Assembly: GCA_016194975.1 (NCBI GenBank)
Contig: JACQAM010000009.1
Coordinates: 788-64,787, forward strand
Length of the DNA stretch: 64,000 bases
From: Bacteroidota bacterium
Lineage (GTDB): Bacteria; Bacteroidota; Bacteroidia; Palsa-965
Reading direction: 5' to 3'
The notes under the pieces were generated by a model. The model was given only the letters and a program-made list of their open reading frames with translations. It had not been told where the DNA came from and made no database searches. The position numbers and the translations under genes were made by a program. Positions 20,557 to 30,683 of the stretch are shown here, piece after piece (positions within the stretch are counted from its first letter, which is position 1; each line of letters begins with the position of its first letter).

Positions 20557-20942
20557 GAGCCAAAGGTACTTGTTTTCGCTGGCGATGAGGAGGATAATCA
20601 GGAGCGAACCACCTGTTCTCCGAATGAGCAGCGCTCCGGCTGACTGTGAAATGTGCGTGGCACAAGTTCACAGCATCCGGGCTAGCGATTCATTCCTGCA
20701 CGGCATTACAATTTTTCCGGCACCCCCTTTGAAACTTGGTGGCTAAAAAAATAAGTACACTTATCCGCTCTGTTCATTCAGGAATAGAAATTGCCATCAT
20801 CTTTGCCCGGAATATGTCGCCAGCTTCTCCCGGTTTTTCAACATCAAAAAGAATCTTTTCAACAATGAAAAAATTCATTCTGCAGGATGTAGTTCACCAT
20901 TCAAAATCAAGTACCTTCGAAGCACTTTTTCCGCGACAATTT
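20557..20942 (+). promoter_or_regulatory. long (386 bp) divergent intergenic region / candidate structured 5' leader of purH
   Basis: Much longer and GC-richer than other intergenic gaps here. Nested inverted repeats: GGAGCG...CGCTCC, CTGTGAA...TTCACAG, CCGG...CCGG. Contains CUGGCGA ... GGAGCGAACC, which resembles the 5' subdomain of ZTP (pfl) riboswitches that commonly precede purH. No convincing 3' subdomain was found. Confidence 0.25.
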
Positions 20943-22469
20943 ATGAGCAGTACGAAGAAGATCAAGAACGCACTCATTTCAGTTTATTTCAAAGATCAAC
21001 TGGAACCCATCATCCGCAAACTGGACGAACTCGGTGTTGGATTATTTTCCACCGGCGGAACGCAGACTTTCATTGAACAACTCGGCGTGAAAGTAACGCC
21101 GGTAGAAAAACTCACTTCTTATCCTTCTATTCTCGGTGGCAGAGTGAAAACACTTCACCCGAAAATTTTCGGTGGCATTCTCAGCCGGCGCGAACTTGAT
21201 TCTGATGTTGCACAACTCGAAGAATATTCCATTCCGGAAATTGATCTGGTCATCGTCGATCTTTATCCGTTCGAACAAACGGTTGCATCGGGAGCGAATG
21301 ACCAGGACATCATCGAGAAGATCGACATCGGCGGCATCTCGCTCATCCGTGCGGGCGCGAAAAATTTTCACGATGTGCTCATCGTCTCTTCAAGAAATGA
21401 TTACGCCGATCTGCTTGCACTGCTGAATAAAAATAACGGAAGCACCGAAGCAGAAGACCGGAAAAAATTTGCTGCCCGCGCTTTCGCTGTTTCTTCCAAT
21501 TACGATTCTGCCATTTTCAACTGGTTCAATCGCGGCGGAGAAATTCCTGCTTTCCGTCATGCTGCGAATGGCGGAAGTTCACTTCGCTACGGGGAGAATC
21601 CGCATCAGCAGGGGAAATTTTTCGGCGAACTCACCGCCATGTTCGATCAGCTTGCCGGCAAAGAACTTTCTTACAACAATCTTCTCGACATTGACGCCGC
21701 TGTCAACCTCATTGCAGATTTCAGTGAAACAACATTTGCAATTTTAAAACACAACAACGCCTGCGGATGTGCGACGAGAAAAACAGTGATGGAAGCATGG
21801 AATGCGGCGCTCGCCGGCGATCCTGTTTCTGCCTTCGGCGGAATCTTAGTTTGCAATCGCCCCATCGATGAGGCCGCTGCTGCTGAGATCACGAAAATAT
21901 TTTACGAAGTGATCATCGCTCCATCGTACGAGCCGAAAGCACTGGAAATTCTGAAGCAGAAACAAAACCGGATCATTCTCGTACAAAAATCAGTAATCCT
22001 GCCTCAGGCGCAATTCCGTTCATTGCTGAATGGAGTCATCACCCAGGACAAAGATCTTCGTACCGAATCTCCCGCGGATATGAAACCTGTAACAAAAGCA
22101 GTTCCGTCCGAAAAAGAATTCCGCGATCTTGTTTTCGCAAACAAACTCGTGAAGCACACGAAGTCGAATACCATTGTGCTCGCGAAAGATCTTCAACTGC
22201 TCGCCAGCGGAACAGGTCAAACCTCGCGCGTGGATGCGCTCAAGCAGGCGATCGCCAAAACACAACAATTCGGTTTTGAACTCGACGGCGCAGTCATGGC
22301 TTCCGACGCATTTTTTCCGTTTCCCGATTGCGTGGAGATCGCAAACGGAGTTGGAATTCGCGCCGTGGTGCAACCCGGCGGATCCATAAAGGATAAAGAT
22401 TCAATTTCATTCTGTGATCAGCATAACCTTGCTATGGTTTTCACAGGAACAAGACATTTTAAACACTAA
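20943..22469 (+). CDS. purH: bifunctional AICAR transformylase / IMP cyclohydrolase
   Basis: ALISVYFKDQLEP...GGTQTF MGS-like N-terminal domain plus AICARFT domain. ~508 aa when started at MSSTKK; the ORF-track upstream extension was rejected. Confidence 0.85.
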   Translation: MSSTKKIKNALISVYFKDQLEPIIRKLDELGVGLFSTGGTQTFIEQLGVKVTPVEKLTSYPSILGGRVKTLHPKIFGGILSRRELDSDVAQLEEYSIPEIDLVIVDLYPFEQTVASGANDQDIIEKIDIGGISLIRAGAKNFHDVLIVSSRNDYADLLALLNKNNGSTEAEDRKKFAARAFAVSSNYDSAIFNWFNRGGEIPAFRHAANGGSSLRYGENPHQQGKFFGELTAMFDQLAGKELSYNNLLDIDAAVNLIADFSETTFAILKHNNACGCATRKTVMEAWNAALAGDPVSAFGGILVCNRPIDEAAAAEITKIFYEVIIAPSYEPKALEILKQKQNRIILVQKSVILPQAQFRSLLNGVITQDKDLRTESPADMKPVTKAVPSEKEFRDLVFANKLVKHTKSNTIVLAKDLQLLASGTGQTSRVDALKQAIAKTQQFGFELDGAVMASDAFFPFPDCVEIANGVGIRAVVQPGGSIKDKDSISFCDQHNLAMVFTGTRHFKH

Positions 22470-22538
22470 AAAAACAAAAAACAAAATCCAAATAACAAAG
22501 CATGATGAACTGAAACTGATTTATAGACGGACAGTTTT

Positions 22539-22567
22539 GGAATTTGTTTTTTGAGATTTGGAATTTT
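22539..22567 (+). promoter_or_regulatory. GGAATTTGTTTTTTGAGATTTGGAATTTT motif immediately upstream of the mreB start; similar copies at 23698..23720 (before mreC) and 57162..57193 (before the response-regulator gene)
   Basis: Near-identical 20-30-nt strings ending 8-22 bp before the start codons of three + strand genes. A tandem degenerate pair also lies at 49764..49800. Confidence 0.35.
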
Positions 22568-22574
22568 ACAAGTT

Positions 22575-23597
22575 ATGGGCATCTTCGATCTCTTCACCCA
22601 GGAAATTGCAATTGACCTCGGAACGGCCAATACAATCATCATTCACAACGACAAAGTGGTGGTCGATGAACCGAGCATAGTGGCCATCGATCGTGCGAGC
22701 GGAAAAGTGATCGCGGTGGGAAAACTTGCGATGCAGATGCACGGAAAAACGCACGAGAATATTAAAACCATTCGTCCGCTTAAAGACGGTGTGATCGCCG
22801 ATTTCCACGCGGCAGAACACATGATCCGCGGAATGATCAAGATGATCAATCCCGGAAGAAAACTTTTTTCTCCTTCACTGCGCATGGTCATTTGTATTCC
22901 TTCGGGGATCACCGAGGTGGAGAAACGTGCGGTGCGCGATTCTGCAGAACATGCCGGCGCAAAAGAATGTTATCTCATTCACGAACCGATGGCTGCTGCG
23001 ATCGGTATCGGTATCGATGTAGAAGAACCGATGGGAAACATGATCATCGATATCGGTGGCGGAACTTCTGAAATTGCGGTCATTGCACTCGGCGGAATTG
23101 TGTGCGATAAATCTATCCGCATTGCCGGCGATGAATTCACCGGAAGCATTGAAGAATATATGCGTCGTCAGCATAACATTCTCATTGGTGAACGCACCGC
23201 GGAAAGAATAAAGATCGAAGTGGGCGCTGCAATGGCGGAAATAGAAAATCCTCCGCCCGATTTTCCGGTGCACGGCCGCGATCTCATGACCGGAATCCCG
23301 AAAGAAATTTATGTATCGTACGTTGAGATCGCACACGCGCTCGATAAATCCATTTCAAAAATTGAAGAAGCTATTCTCAATGCGCTCGAGATGACGCCTC
23401 CTGAATTGTCGGCCGACATTTACCGTACAGGAATTTATCTTGCCGGCGGCGGATCGCTCCTTCGCGGACTCGACAAAAGAATTTCGCTCAAAACAAAATT
23501 ACCGGTTCACGTTGCAGAAGATCCGCTTCGTGCGGTGGCGCGCGGAACCGGCATTGCACTCAAGAACATCGACAAGTTCCCGTTCCTGATCAAATAG
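22575..23597 (+). CDS. mreB: rod shape-determining protein MreB
   Basis: MGIFDLFTQEIAIDLGTANTII actin-fold N-terminus. ~340 aa. Confidence 0.9.
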   Translation: MGIFDLFTQEIAIDLGTANTIIIHNDKVVVDEPSIVAIDRASGKVIAVGKLAMQMHGKTHENIKTIRPLKDGVIADFHAAEHMIRGMIKMINPGRKLFSPSLRMVICIPSGITEVEKRAVRDSAEHAGAKECYLIHEPMAAAIGIGIDVEEPMGNMIIDIGGGTSEIAVIALGGIVCDKSIRIAGDEFTGSIEEYMRRQHNILIGERTAERIKIEVGAAMAEIENPPPDFPVHGRDLMTGIPKEIYVSYVEIAHALDKSISKIEEAILNALEMTPPELSADIYRTGIYLAGGGSLLRGLDKRISLKTKLPVHVAEDPLRAVARGTGIALKNIDKFPFLIK

Positions 23598-23742
23598 AAA
23601 AATGAAAAAATAAATTACTGTAAACGATCGCATTCATTTCATAAGAAATCTCAAAACCCAAACTCCAATGCAGAACAAAAGCAAAATGGAATATCCGGGA
23701 TTGTTTTTTGAGATTTTTTCTTTTTAAAATTTTTCACGGAAG

Positions 23743-24570
23743 ATGCGCAACCTTTTCGTTTTTTTAGTCAGGCATTATTTTTTTCTCCTCTTTTTATTTC
23801 TTGAAGTTCTTTCAATTTATTTTCTTGTGCAGAAAAATTATTTCCAGCATGCGAGCGCTGTTTCTTCCGCCAATGCGTTCACAGGTTCTTTGTTCCGGAT
23901 GAAAAACGGGATAATGCAATACCTCGACCTGAAAGATCAGAATCATCTGCTTGCGGAAAAACTTGCGTTGGAATTCGACCGCGACAGTTCCTCGTGGCTG
24001 ATGTACACCAATCGCACTACGCCGGTCAATGATACTTTTTATAAGCAGCGTTACGAATTCCTCTATGCAGAAGTGATCGACAACACGGTGACGGAAAGAA
24101 ATAATTATCTCGTGCTCGACCGTGGGCGATTGCAGGGCGTAGAAAAAGATATGGGCGTAGTTTGCAGTAATGGTGTTGTTGGAATTGTGCGCGAGGTGTC
24201 CGATAATTTTTGCGTGGTAATGTCGGTGCTTCATAAAGATTCACGCATCAGCGCGAGTGTGAAACGCGACGGAACTTTCGGGCAACTCAGTTGGGACGGA
24301 TTCGATTACACCAGAGCAACGCTCACCGATCTGCCTGTGCATTCGAAGATCGCTGTTGGTGATACGCTCATCACGAGCGGGCTCGGCGATGCGTTCCCGG
24401 AAGGAATTCCTGTTGGAATTGTCCGGAAATATGAAAAGAAAGCCGGCGATAAAACGTATACAGTAGATGTACGCCTTTCAACAGATTTCAGGAAGGTGCG
24501 GCATGTTTTCATTGTTAAAAGCCTGGTGCGGGATGAATTGAACGACCTGGAAAAAAAGATCGATAAATAA
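23743..24570 (+). CDS. mreC: rod shape-determining protein MreC
   Basis: Position after mreB. N-terminal TM segment, coiled coil, and beta-rich C-terminal domain (GLGDAFPEGIPVG). Confidence 0.75.
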   Translation: MRNLFVFLVRHYFFLLFLFLEVLSIYFLVQKNYFQHASAVSSANAFTGSLFRMKNGIMQYLDLKDQNHLLAEKLALEFDRDSSSWLMYTNRTTPVNDTFYKQRYEFLYAEVIDNTVTERNNYLVLDRGRLQGVEKDMGVVCSNGVVGIVREVSDNFCVVMSVLHKDSRISASVKRDGTFGQLSWDGFDYTRATLTDLPVHSKIAVGDTLITSGLGDAFPEGIPVGIVRKYEKKAGDKTYTVDVRLSTDFRKVRHVFIVKSLVRDELNDLEKKIDK

Positions 24571-24572
24571 AA

Positions 24573-25091
24573 ATGGCCAACGAAACAGGCAAACATATCA
24601 TCCGTTTTTTGCTGCTCATTCTCGGGCAGGGACTCATCCTGAAACATGTGGAGCCCGGATTTTATATCATTCCATTCCTCTACATTTTATTCATCATGCA
24701 ATTGCCTTTTGAAACCCCACCGTGGGCGGTACTTGTCATTGCGTTCTTCACCGGATTCTGTGTCGATCTTTTTTATGATACACTGGGTATGCACATGGCT
24801 GCATGTACTTTCATCGGATGGTTCCGCCCGTCCATTCTGCGTTTCATGGCACCGCGCGACGGTTACGAATTTGCAAGCCGTCCTACTATGCAGGACATGG
24901 GACGCGCGTGGTTCATCACTTATGCATCCATCATCATTGTCATTCATCACTTTCTTCTTTTTTATCTCGAGATGTTTTCACTTCACCAGTTCTTCTTCAC
25001 ATTACTCCGGGTCATCATCAGTTCTGCATCCACATTGTTGCTCGTGATCGTCACGCAATTTCTTATGTATCGACCGAAACAAACGGCATGA
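24573..25091 (+). CDS. mreD: rod shape-determining protein MreD
   Basis: Position in the operon. Polytopic ~170 aa membrane protein. Confidence 0.7.
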   Translation: MANETGKHIIRFLLLILGQGLILKHVEPGFYIIPFLYILFIMQLPFETPPWAVLVIAFFTGFCVDLFYDTLGMHMAACTFIGWFRPSILRFMAPRDGYEFASRPTMQDMGRAWFITYASIIIVIHHFLLFYLEMFSLHQFFFTLLRVIISSASTLLLVIVTQFLMYRPKQTA

Positions 25092-26971
25092 ATCCCTCTG
25101 TGCGCAGATATATCATTATCGGTTTTGCAGTGCTCGCTGCGATCCTGTACATCATTCGTCTTTTTTATATCCAGGTAGTTGAAGACAAATACAAATTGGA
25201 TGCGCAGAACCAGGCATTTCTTTATGTAACAGATTATCCGCCGCGTGGCGCGATCTACGACCGCAATGGAAAAATTCTTGTTTACAATCAGGTTGCTTAC
25301 GACCTGATGGTGGTGCCGCGTGATATGAAAGATTGCGACACCATCGAACTCTGTAAAATTTTAAATATCACGAAAGATGAATTCGGCGACCGGCTCGTTC
25401 ATCTCTGCGGAAGTCTCGATAATGCTTCGAAAGATTATCGCAGTTATATTTTCGAAAGCCAGATGTTGCCTGAACTGAATGCGCGCATCCAGGAACGATT
25501 GTATGAATTCAAAGGATTTTATGTGCAGTCGCGTACCGTGCGCAAGTACACGTACACGATAGCTGCGCACCTGCTCGGGTATGTGAATGAAGTGAGCGAT
25601 AAAATTGTGAAAGATGATACTACAGGTTTTTATCAGCCAGGCGATTATATAGGCGCAAGCGGAATAGAAAAATCCTATGAAAAATACCTGCGCGGAAAAA
25701 AAGGAGTGCAAATAAAAATGCGCGATGTGCACAACAATATCAAAGGAAGTTTCAAAGACGGAAAATATGATACTGCCGCTGTTCCCGGATTAAGTCTTAC
25801 GGCTACACTTGATGCCGATCTGCAGGCGTACGGAGAACAACTCATGCAGAATAAGATCGGTGGAATTGCAGCGATCGATCCTTCTACCGGGGAAATTCTT
25901 GCACTCATTACCAGTCCAACGTATGATCCGAATCTTCTTGTTGGCCGTGATCTCCGGAAAAATTATTCACTGCTTTCAGGCGATACAGCCGGAAATCCAT
26001 TGTACAATCGCGCATTGCAGGCGATGTATCCGCCGGGATCAACTTTTAAATTAATGAACTCACTCATTGCGCAACAGGAAGGTGTGCTCACTGCCGATAC
26101 GCGTTACCCGTGCGCAGGAGGATATCCTCCGCTGGGCGGGCATCCGAAATGCGAGCATCATCCTTCTCCGCTTGATCTTACCGGCGCCATTCAGTATTCC
26201 TGCAATTCTTATTTTTCTTATGTGTTTCATTCCATTGTTGCCAATAGAAAATACAAACATGATCGCGATGGTTTTGATGCGTGGAGAAATTATGTGCTGA
26301 GTTTTGGTGTGGGGAAAAAAATGGGAACTGATCTTCCGTTTGAGTTGAAAGGAAATGTTCCCACTTCGCAGGATTACGATAAAGTTTTCGGAAAAGGAAG
26401 CTGGAACGCCAGCACGGTTACCGGTGTTGGTCTCGGCATTGGCCAGGGAGAATTACTGGTGACTCCTTTACAGATGTGTAATATCATTTGCAGCATAGCC
26501 AACCGTGGATTTTATTACGTGCCGCATGTCATAAAAAATATTGGCGATGGAGAAAATAAAATTGTTCTGCCGCAGTGGTCCGTAAAAAATTACACGATGG
26601 TCACCGACACGAATTATTACAACATCGTGATCAATGCAATGAACGAAGTGGTGAAAGCGGGAACAGCAAGAGCTTCATACATTCCCGGTATCGATCTGTG
26701 CGGTAAAACAGGAACAGCGCAGAATCCTCATGGTAAAGATCACTCGGTGTTTGTTTGTTTTGCTCCGCGCGAGCATCCGAAAATAGCTGTAGCTGTTCTC
26801 GTTGAGAATGCGGGTTGGGGTGCGCAATGGGCTGCACCGATCGCGAGTCTGCTCGTAGAAAAATACCTCACCGGAAAAATTTCGCGTCCTGAAATTGAAA
26901 AGCGCATGCTCGATGGAGATCTCATTCATGCCGCGCCCGATCCGAAAGAACAAAAACATGCTGCAAACTGA
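25088..26971 (+). CDS. mrdA: penicillin-binding protein 2 (peptidoglycan D,D-transpeptidase)
   Basis: Start MNPSVRRY overlaps the mreD stop (ATGA). Motifs STFK, SCN and KTGT are present. Confidence 0.85.
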   Translation: MNPSVRRYIIIGFAVLAAILYIIRLFYIQVVEDKYKLDAQNQAFLYVTDYPPRGAIYDRNGKILVYNQVAYDLMVVPRDMKDCDTIELCKILNITKDEFGDRLVHLCGSLDNASKDYRSYIFESQMLPELNARIQERLYEFKGFYVQSRTVRKYTYTIAAHLLGYVNEVSDKIVKDDTTGFYQPGDYIGASGIEKSYEKYLRGKKGVQIKMRDVHNNIKGSFKDGKYDTAAVPGLSLTATLDADLQAYGEQLMQNKIGGIAAIDPSTGEILALITSPTYDPNLLVGRDLRKNYSLLSGDTAGNPLYNRALQAMYPPGSTFKLMNSLIAQQEGVLTADTRYPCAGGYPPLGGHPKCEHHPSPLDLTGAIQYSCNSYFSYVFHSIVANRKYKHDRDGFDAWRNYVLSFGVGKKMGTDLPFELKGNVPTSQDYDKVFGKGSWNASTVTGVGLGIGQGELLVTPLQMCNIICSIANRGFYYVPHVIKNIGDGENKIVLPQWSVKNYTMVTDTNYYNIVINAMNEVVKAGTARASYIPGIDLCGKTGTAQNPHGKDHSVFVCFAPREHPKIAVAVLVENAGWGAQWAAPIASLLVEKYLTGKISRPEIEKRMLDGDLIHAAPDPKEQKHAAN

Positions 26972-28314
26972 TGCGGGAAAAAAGCGAAAGTCTTTTTTAC
27001 AACATCGACTGGCTAACGGTCATGATCTTTCTTGCGCTGGTGGTAATGGGTTACATGAATATTTATTCGGCAGATTACGTCCAGGGGAAAAATAATATTT
27101 TTGATTTCAGCCGCCACGAAAGCAAACAACTTGCTTTCGGAATTGCAGCCATCATTCTTGCGTTTTCCATCATCATCATCGACGCCAGTTTTTTTACGGC
27201 AACAGCTTTCATTCTTTACGGCACTATTTTATTCTTCAATGTCGTTGTGCGTTTTCTCGGGAGCGATGTGCACGGAAGTCATTCCTGGTTCAAGTTCGGC
27301 GGATTCAGTTTGCAGCCGGCCGAATTTGCAAAGTGGGCGACGCTGCTTGCACTTGCAAAATATATGAGTGGCGTAAAAGGCGGCGACTGGAAAGTGCGTA
27401 TGCTTTACCCGATGCTCATCATTCTCGCACCGGTATTCATCATGATCGTAATTCAGAATGAAACAGGGTGCGCGCTGGTGTTCGCCGGATTTATTTTTGT
27501 GATGTACCGCGAAGGGATGATCCCCGGCTATCTCATTGTTCTTGGTATGGTGTTCGCTGCCATGTTCATTGTGGGAATAAAATATCCCGGTACCATCGTT
27601 GAGTTGACGAAAACAAAACCGCCGAAGATCGCTCACGTTTTTTTCCAGGCAAAGACAATTCTTATTCCGCTGATCATTCTTGCTGCGGCCGGCATCACTC
27701 GTTTACTTTTTATCCGAAGAACTTTTAAGCAAATTCTTCTTTCCGGAATTCTTGTTGCAGTTTTTACCGGAACTTATGTTGCTGCTCCTGTAGTTCTCGA
27801 AAAACTTCCGGAGCACATGAACGGGAGAATAAAATGCTGGCTCGGTTTAAAAGTGCCGCAAGCTGTGCACGACAAATACGGTTACAATTCCGATCAGGCG
27901 ATGATAGCGATCGGTTCGGGAGGAATGTGGGGTAAAGGGTATTTGCAGGGAACACAAACGAAATTCAAATTTGTTCCCGAGCAGGAAACTGATTTTATTT
28001 TCTGCACAGTAGGCGAGGAGTGGGGATTTGCCGGGACAACTTTTATTATCCTGTTTTATTTATTTCTCATTGCTCGTTTGCTGCGAATGGCAGAGCGGCA
28101 ACGATCGGACTTTACCAGAATTTACGGTTACGGAGTTGCCGCTGTTTTTTTTATTCACCTCATTGTGAATGTGGGAATGGCGATCGGTTTATTGCCTGTG
28201 ATCGGAATTCCATTGCCGTTCTTTTCCTACGGCGGAAGTTCGCTCATCAGTTTCACGATTTTACTTTTCATTTTTGTGAAACTCGACTCGCAACGGCTGT
28301 TGATATTGAGGTAG
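26971..28314 (+). CDS. rodA: rod shape-determining protein RodA (SEDS family)
   Basis: Start overlaps the mrdA stop. FtsW/RodA polytopic profile with the C-terminal GGSS motif. Confidence 0.85.
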   Translation: MREKSESLFYNIDWLTVMIFLALVVMGYMNIYSADYVQGKNNIFDFSRHESKQLAFGIAAIILAFSIIIIDASFFTATAFILYGTILFFNVVVRFLGSDVHGSHSWFKFGGFSLQPAEFAKWATLLALAKYMSGVKGGDWKVRMLYPMLIILAPVFIMIVIQNETGCALVFAGFIFVMYREGMIPGYLIVLGMVFAAMFIVGIKYPGTIVELTKTKPPKIAHVFFQAKTILIPLIILAAAGITRLLFIRRTFKQILLSGILVAVFTGTYVAAPVVLEKLPEHMNGRIKCWLGLKVPQAVHDKYGYNSDQAMIAIGSGGMWGKGYLQGTQTKFKFVPEQETDFIFCTVGEEWGFAGTTFIILFYLFLIARLLRMAERQRSDFTRIYGYGVAAVFFIHLIVNVGMAIGLLPVIGIPLPFFSYGGSSLISFTILLFIFVKLDSQRLLILR

Positions 28315-28421
28315 AATGGAGTGATAAAAAAAAGCTCCCCATTTCTGAAGAGCATTTCTTTTATTTATTGGCACTCATTTCGATTCGAATATTCGTCCCC
28401 TGCGCGCATCAGGTGTGTTGG

Positions 28422-30572
28422 CTAAAAATGTTTCGCACGATTGTCAATGATCTCTGCCGCTTCATTGAGAATATCGGAAGAAGACGCATCGGCTCTTTGC
28501 GAATACGTTTGAATGAGTTTTGTTTTTTCTGCCGCAAGATCTTTCATCGGTTCGGGTTTCGTTACCGATTCGAGCAGTACCACATAAACACCGATCGTTC
28601 CTTTTATCGTCATCGAAAGTTCACCGGGTTTCATTCCGGCAATTGTTCCGAGTACCGGTGGTTCGAATCCTGCGCCTTGAATGTAAGGTTGAGCGAGCGT
28701 GAGGCCGGTTCCGTTCATGGGTGTAAGTTTTGCATTCGTCGCCCACTGATCGAGTGAATTTGCTTTTACTTTATTCAACTGGTCGGTAAACATTTTCGCT
28801 TTTTTATCTTTGATCACTTCCGGTTCGCAGATGTCGCGCACATCTTCAAAAGGTTTCACTCCTTTGTTGATGATCTTGGTGAGATGACAAACCACGTAAC
28901 GGTCGCCACTCTGGAATGGAGAAGAAACACTTCCCACTTCTGTTTTTTCATCGAACATCCAGCGGATGATCTCTTTCGGATTGTCGAGCGTGGTATTCGC
29001 AATTGTTTTATCATTCAGTTTCACATCGGTCGCTTTACTCACCACCTTATTATCTTTTTGAATTGTTTGCGTAAAAAGATCGCCGGTATTATTTCTTCCT
29101 GCGAATTCGAGCGCTTTGTTGTACACATCACGGATCGTATTATCGGAAGGAACAATTTTTTTACTGATCGTAACCACTTCCACTTTCGAACTGCTTTTCT
29201 TATCCACTACCTGGATCACGTGATAACCATAATCGGATTCCACGATCACTACATCACCGACATTATTATCGTAACCGGCGCTGATGAATTGCGGAATGAA
29301 CGGACTGCTTTTATTCAGCCATCCGTAATCTCCTTTGTTTCCCTGCTTTGCACCCGGATCATCGGACAATTGCTCTACGATATCTTCCATTTTTTTCTTG
29401 CCGGCTTTCACCACTTTCAGAATTGAATCGGCGCGCATTTTTGCTTTTTCTTTCGTGCGGATAATAGTAGGCGCCGCTTTCGCAGCTCCTTTGTAGGCGA
29501 CGAGAATGTGACGAACTCTTATTGAATCGATGCCGGTGGAATCCCTGAATTTTTTAAACACTTCAATATTTCCACCATCCTGAAAAGGGCCGAGCACATC
29601 ACCGGAAGCTGCTTTCAGAAAAGCGCTGTCTGAACCTGCAGGAAATTGTCCGGGGTGAAGGAATTTTTTTTCATAAACGCCATTGTCATCGTGTGCTTCA
29701 ACGAATTCCGAATCTGCAACGCCGGTTTTTTCTTTGAAATCGGAAGCAACTGTTTCCATGTTTTTGCGTTCCGTAGCAATATCATCGGCAGAAGCAAAAA
29801 CATCGAACGGAAGAAATTCCATATCGCGCGTGTCGTCGTGTTGTTTGAATTTGTACTGGTGCGAATTGTAATAATCTTTCAGTTCCGCATCACTGGGTTT
29901 GATGAGTGAATCGGGAACGTCGGCATATTTTTTTACAATGAATTTGAAATTGTATTTCGTGTTTTCGTCCGCGTATTCGTGATTGGCTTCTGAAGTGGTC
30001 ACATAAAATCCTTTTCGCAGAAGGGTATTGTATTTTTCAAGAAGGAGATATTTTGAAATTTCCTGTTCTTCCATTGCCCAGCCGCTTTCCTGTTCTGCCG
30101 GAAGTTGTTTTACATAACCACTCACAGCAGCGCCGCTCAGTTGTCCGTCTGGCCCCTGGTATTGCTGGAAAATTTTTCCTGACTGATCGGAGAAATAACG
30201 ATTAAGATAAGGAGTAGGATGCGGGCCATACAGTTGTTCAGAAAGTTCATCGATCGTAACGCTGATACCGAGTTTATCATACTGCGGTCCGTAAACATAT
30301 TTATTTACGAGTTCCTGCCAGATCCCGTCTGAAAGTTGTGCCTGCTCTGATTCAGAAAGACTTTTTCCATTGGAAATTTCATCCATACGCGTACGGAATT
30401 CTCCGAGGGAAACCGTGTGGCCGCCGATCTCTCCAACATCATTCGATCCGGCGCCGCCGAAAATGCCGCGCTGCGAATTGAAAAGATCAGTTAAAACGAA
30501 AGCTAAAAGTGCGAGGAAGATGATGCCTACCAAGAGGCCTACCCGACTGCGGATGCGTGCTAAAATTGACAT
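28422..30572 (-). CDS. periplasmic peptidyl-prolyl isomerase, PpiD/SurA-like (parvulin domain)
   Basis: N-terminal anchor. Parvulin region IRVRHILVAYKG...GDYGWLNKSSPFIPQFISAG...GYHVIQVVDKK. Confidence 0.75.
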   Translation of the reverse strand: MSILARIRSRVGLLVGIIFLALLAFVLTDLFNSQRGIFGGAGSNDVGEIGGHTVSLGEFRTRMDEISNGKSLSESEQAQLSDGIWQELVNKYVYGPQYDKLGISVTIDELSEQLYGPHPTPYLNRYFSDQSGKIFQQYQGPDGQLSGAAVSGYVKQLPAEQESGWAMEEQEISKYLLLEKYNTLLRKGFYVTTSEANHEYADENTKYNFKFIVKKYADVPDSLIKPSDAELKDYYNSHQYKFKQHDDTRDMEFLPFDVFASADDIATERKNMETVASDFKEKTGVADSEFVEAHDDNGVYEKKFLHPGQFPAGSDSAFLKAASGDVLGPFQDGGNIEVFKKFRDSTGIDSIRVRHILVAYKGAAKAAPTIIRTKEKAKMRADSILKVVKAGKKKMEDIVEQLSDDPGAKQGNKGDYGWLNKSSPFIPQFISAGYDNNVGDVVIVESDYGYHVIQVVDKKSSSKVEVVTISKKIVPSDNTIRDVYNKALEFAGRNNTGDLFTQTIQKDNKVVSKATDVKLNDKTIANTTLDNPKEIIRWMFDEKTEVGSVSSPFQSGDRYVVCHLTKIINKGVKPFEDVRDICEPEVIKDKKAKMFTDQLNKVKANSLDQWATNAKLTPMNGTGLTLAQPYIQGAGFEPPVLGTIAGMKPGELSMTIKGTIGVYVVLLESVTKPEPMKDLAAEKTKLIQTYSQRADASSSDILNEAAEIIDNRAKHF

Positions 30573-30683
30573 GGAAATTGACGTTTATTATAATGGGGCA
30601 CGAATATACGATTAATGGCCAAAAACACGAAGAGGGAAAGGGGAATTATAGAGTGAAAAAACTGTATTTAAAAGGCACTCTCC

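Noticed and set aside
20736-20942. Upstream in-frame extension of purH in the ORF track (577 aa)
   Set aside because: PurH is ~508 aa when started at MSSTKKIKNALISV, and the extension has no PurH homology. The open frame is more likely due to the GC-rich structured leader.
20557-20942. Confident call of a ZTP riboswitch
   Set aside because: Only the 5'-subdomain-like elements (UGGCGA, GGAGCGAACC) are recognisable. The conserved 3' P3/pseudoknot sequence was not found by eye, so it is kept only as a candidate structured leader.
24803-25087. In-frame extension of mrdA overlapping mreD
   Set aside because: The true start MNPSVRRY at 25088 overlaps the mreD stop, as is typical. The extension is mreD sequence read in another frame.
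28020-28757. 245-aa ORF spanning the rodA 3' end and the ppiD-like 3' end
   Set aside because: Overlaps two well-supported genes and is Cys/Arg-rich junk translation.
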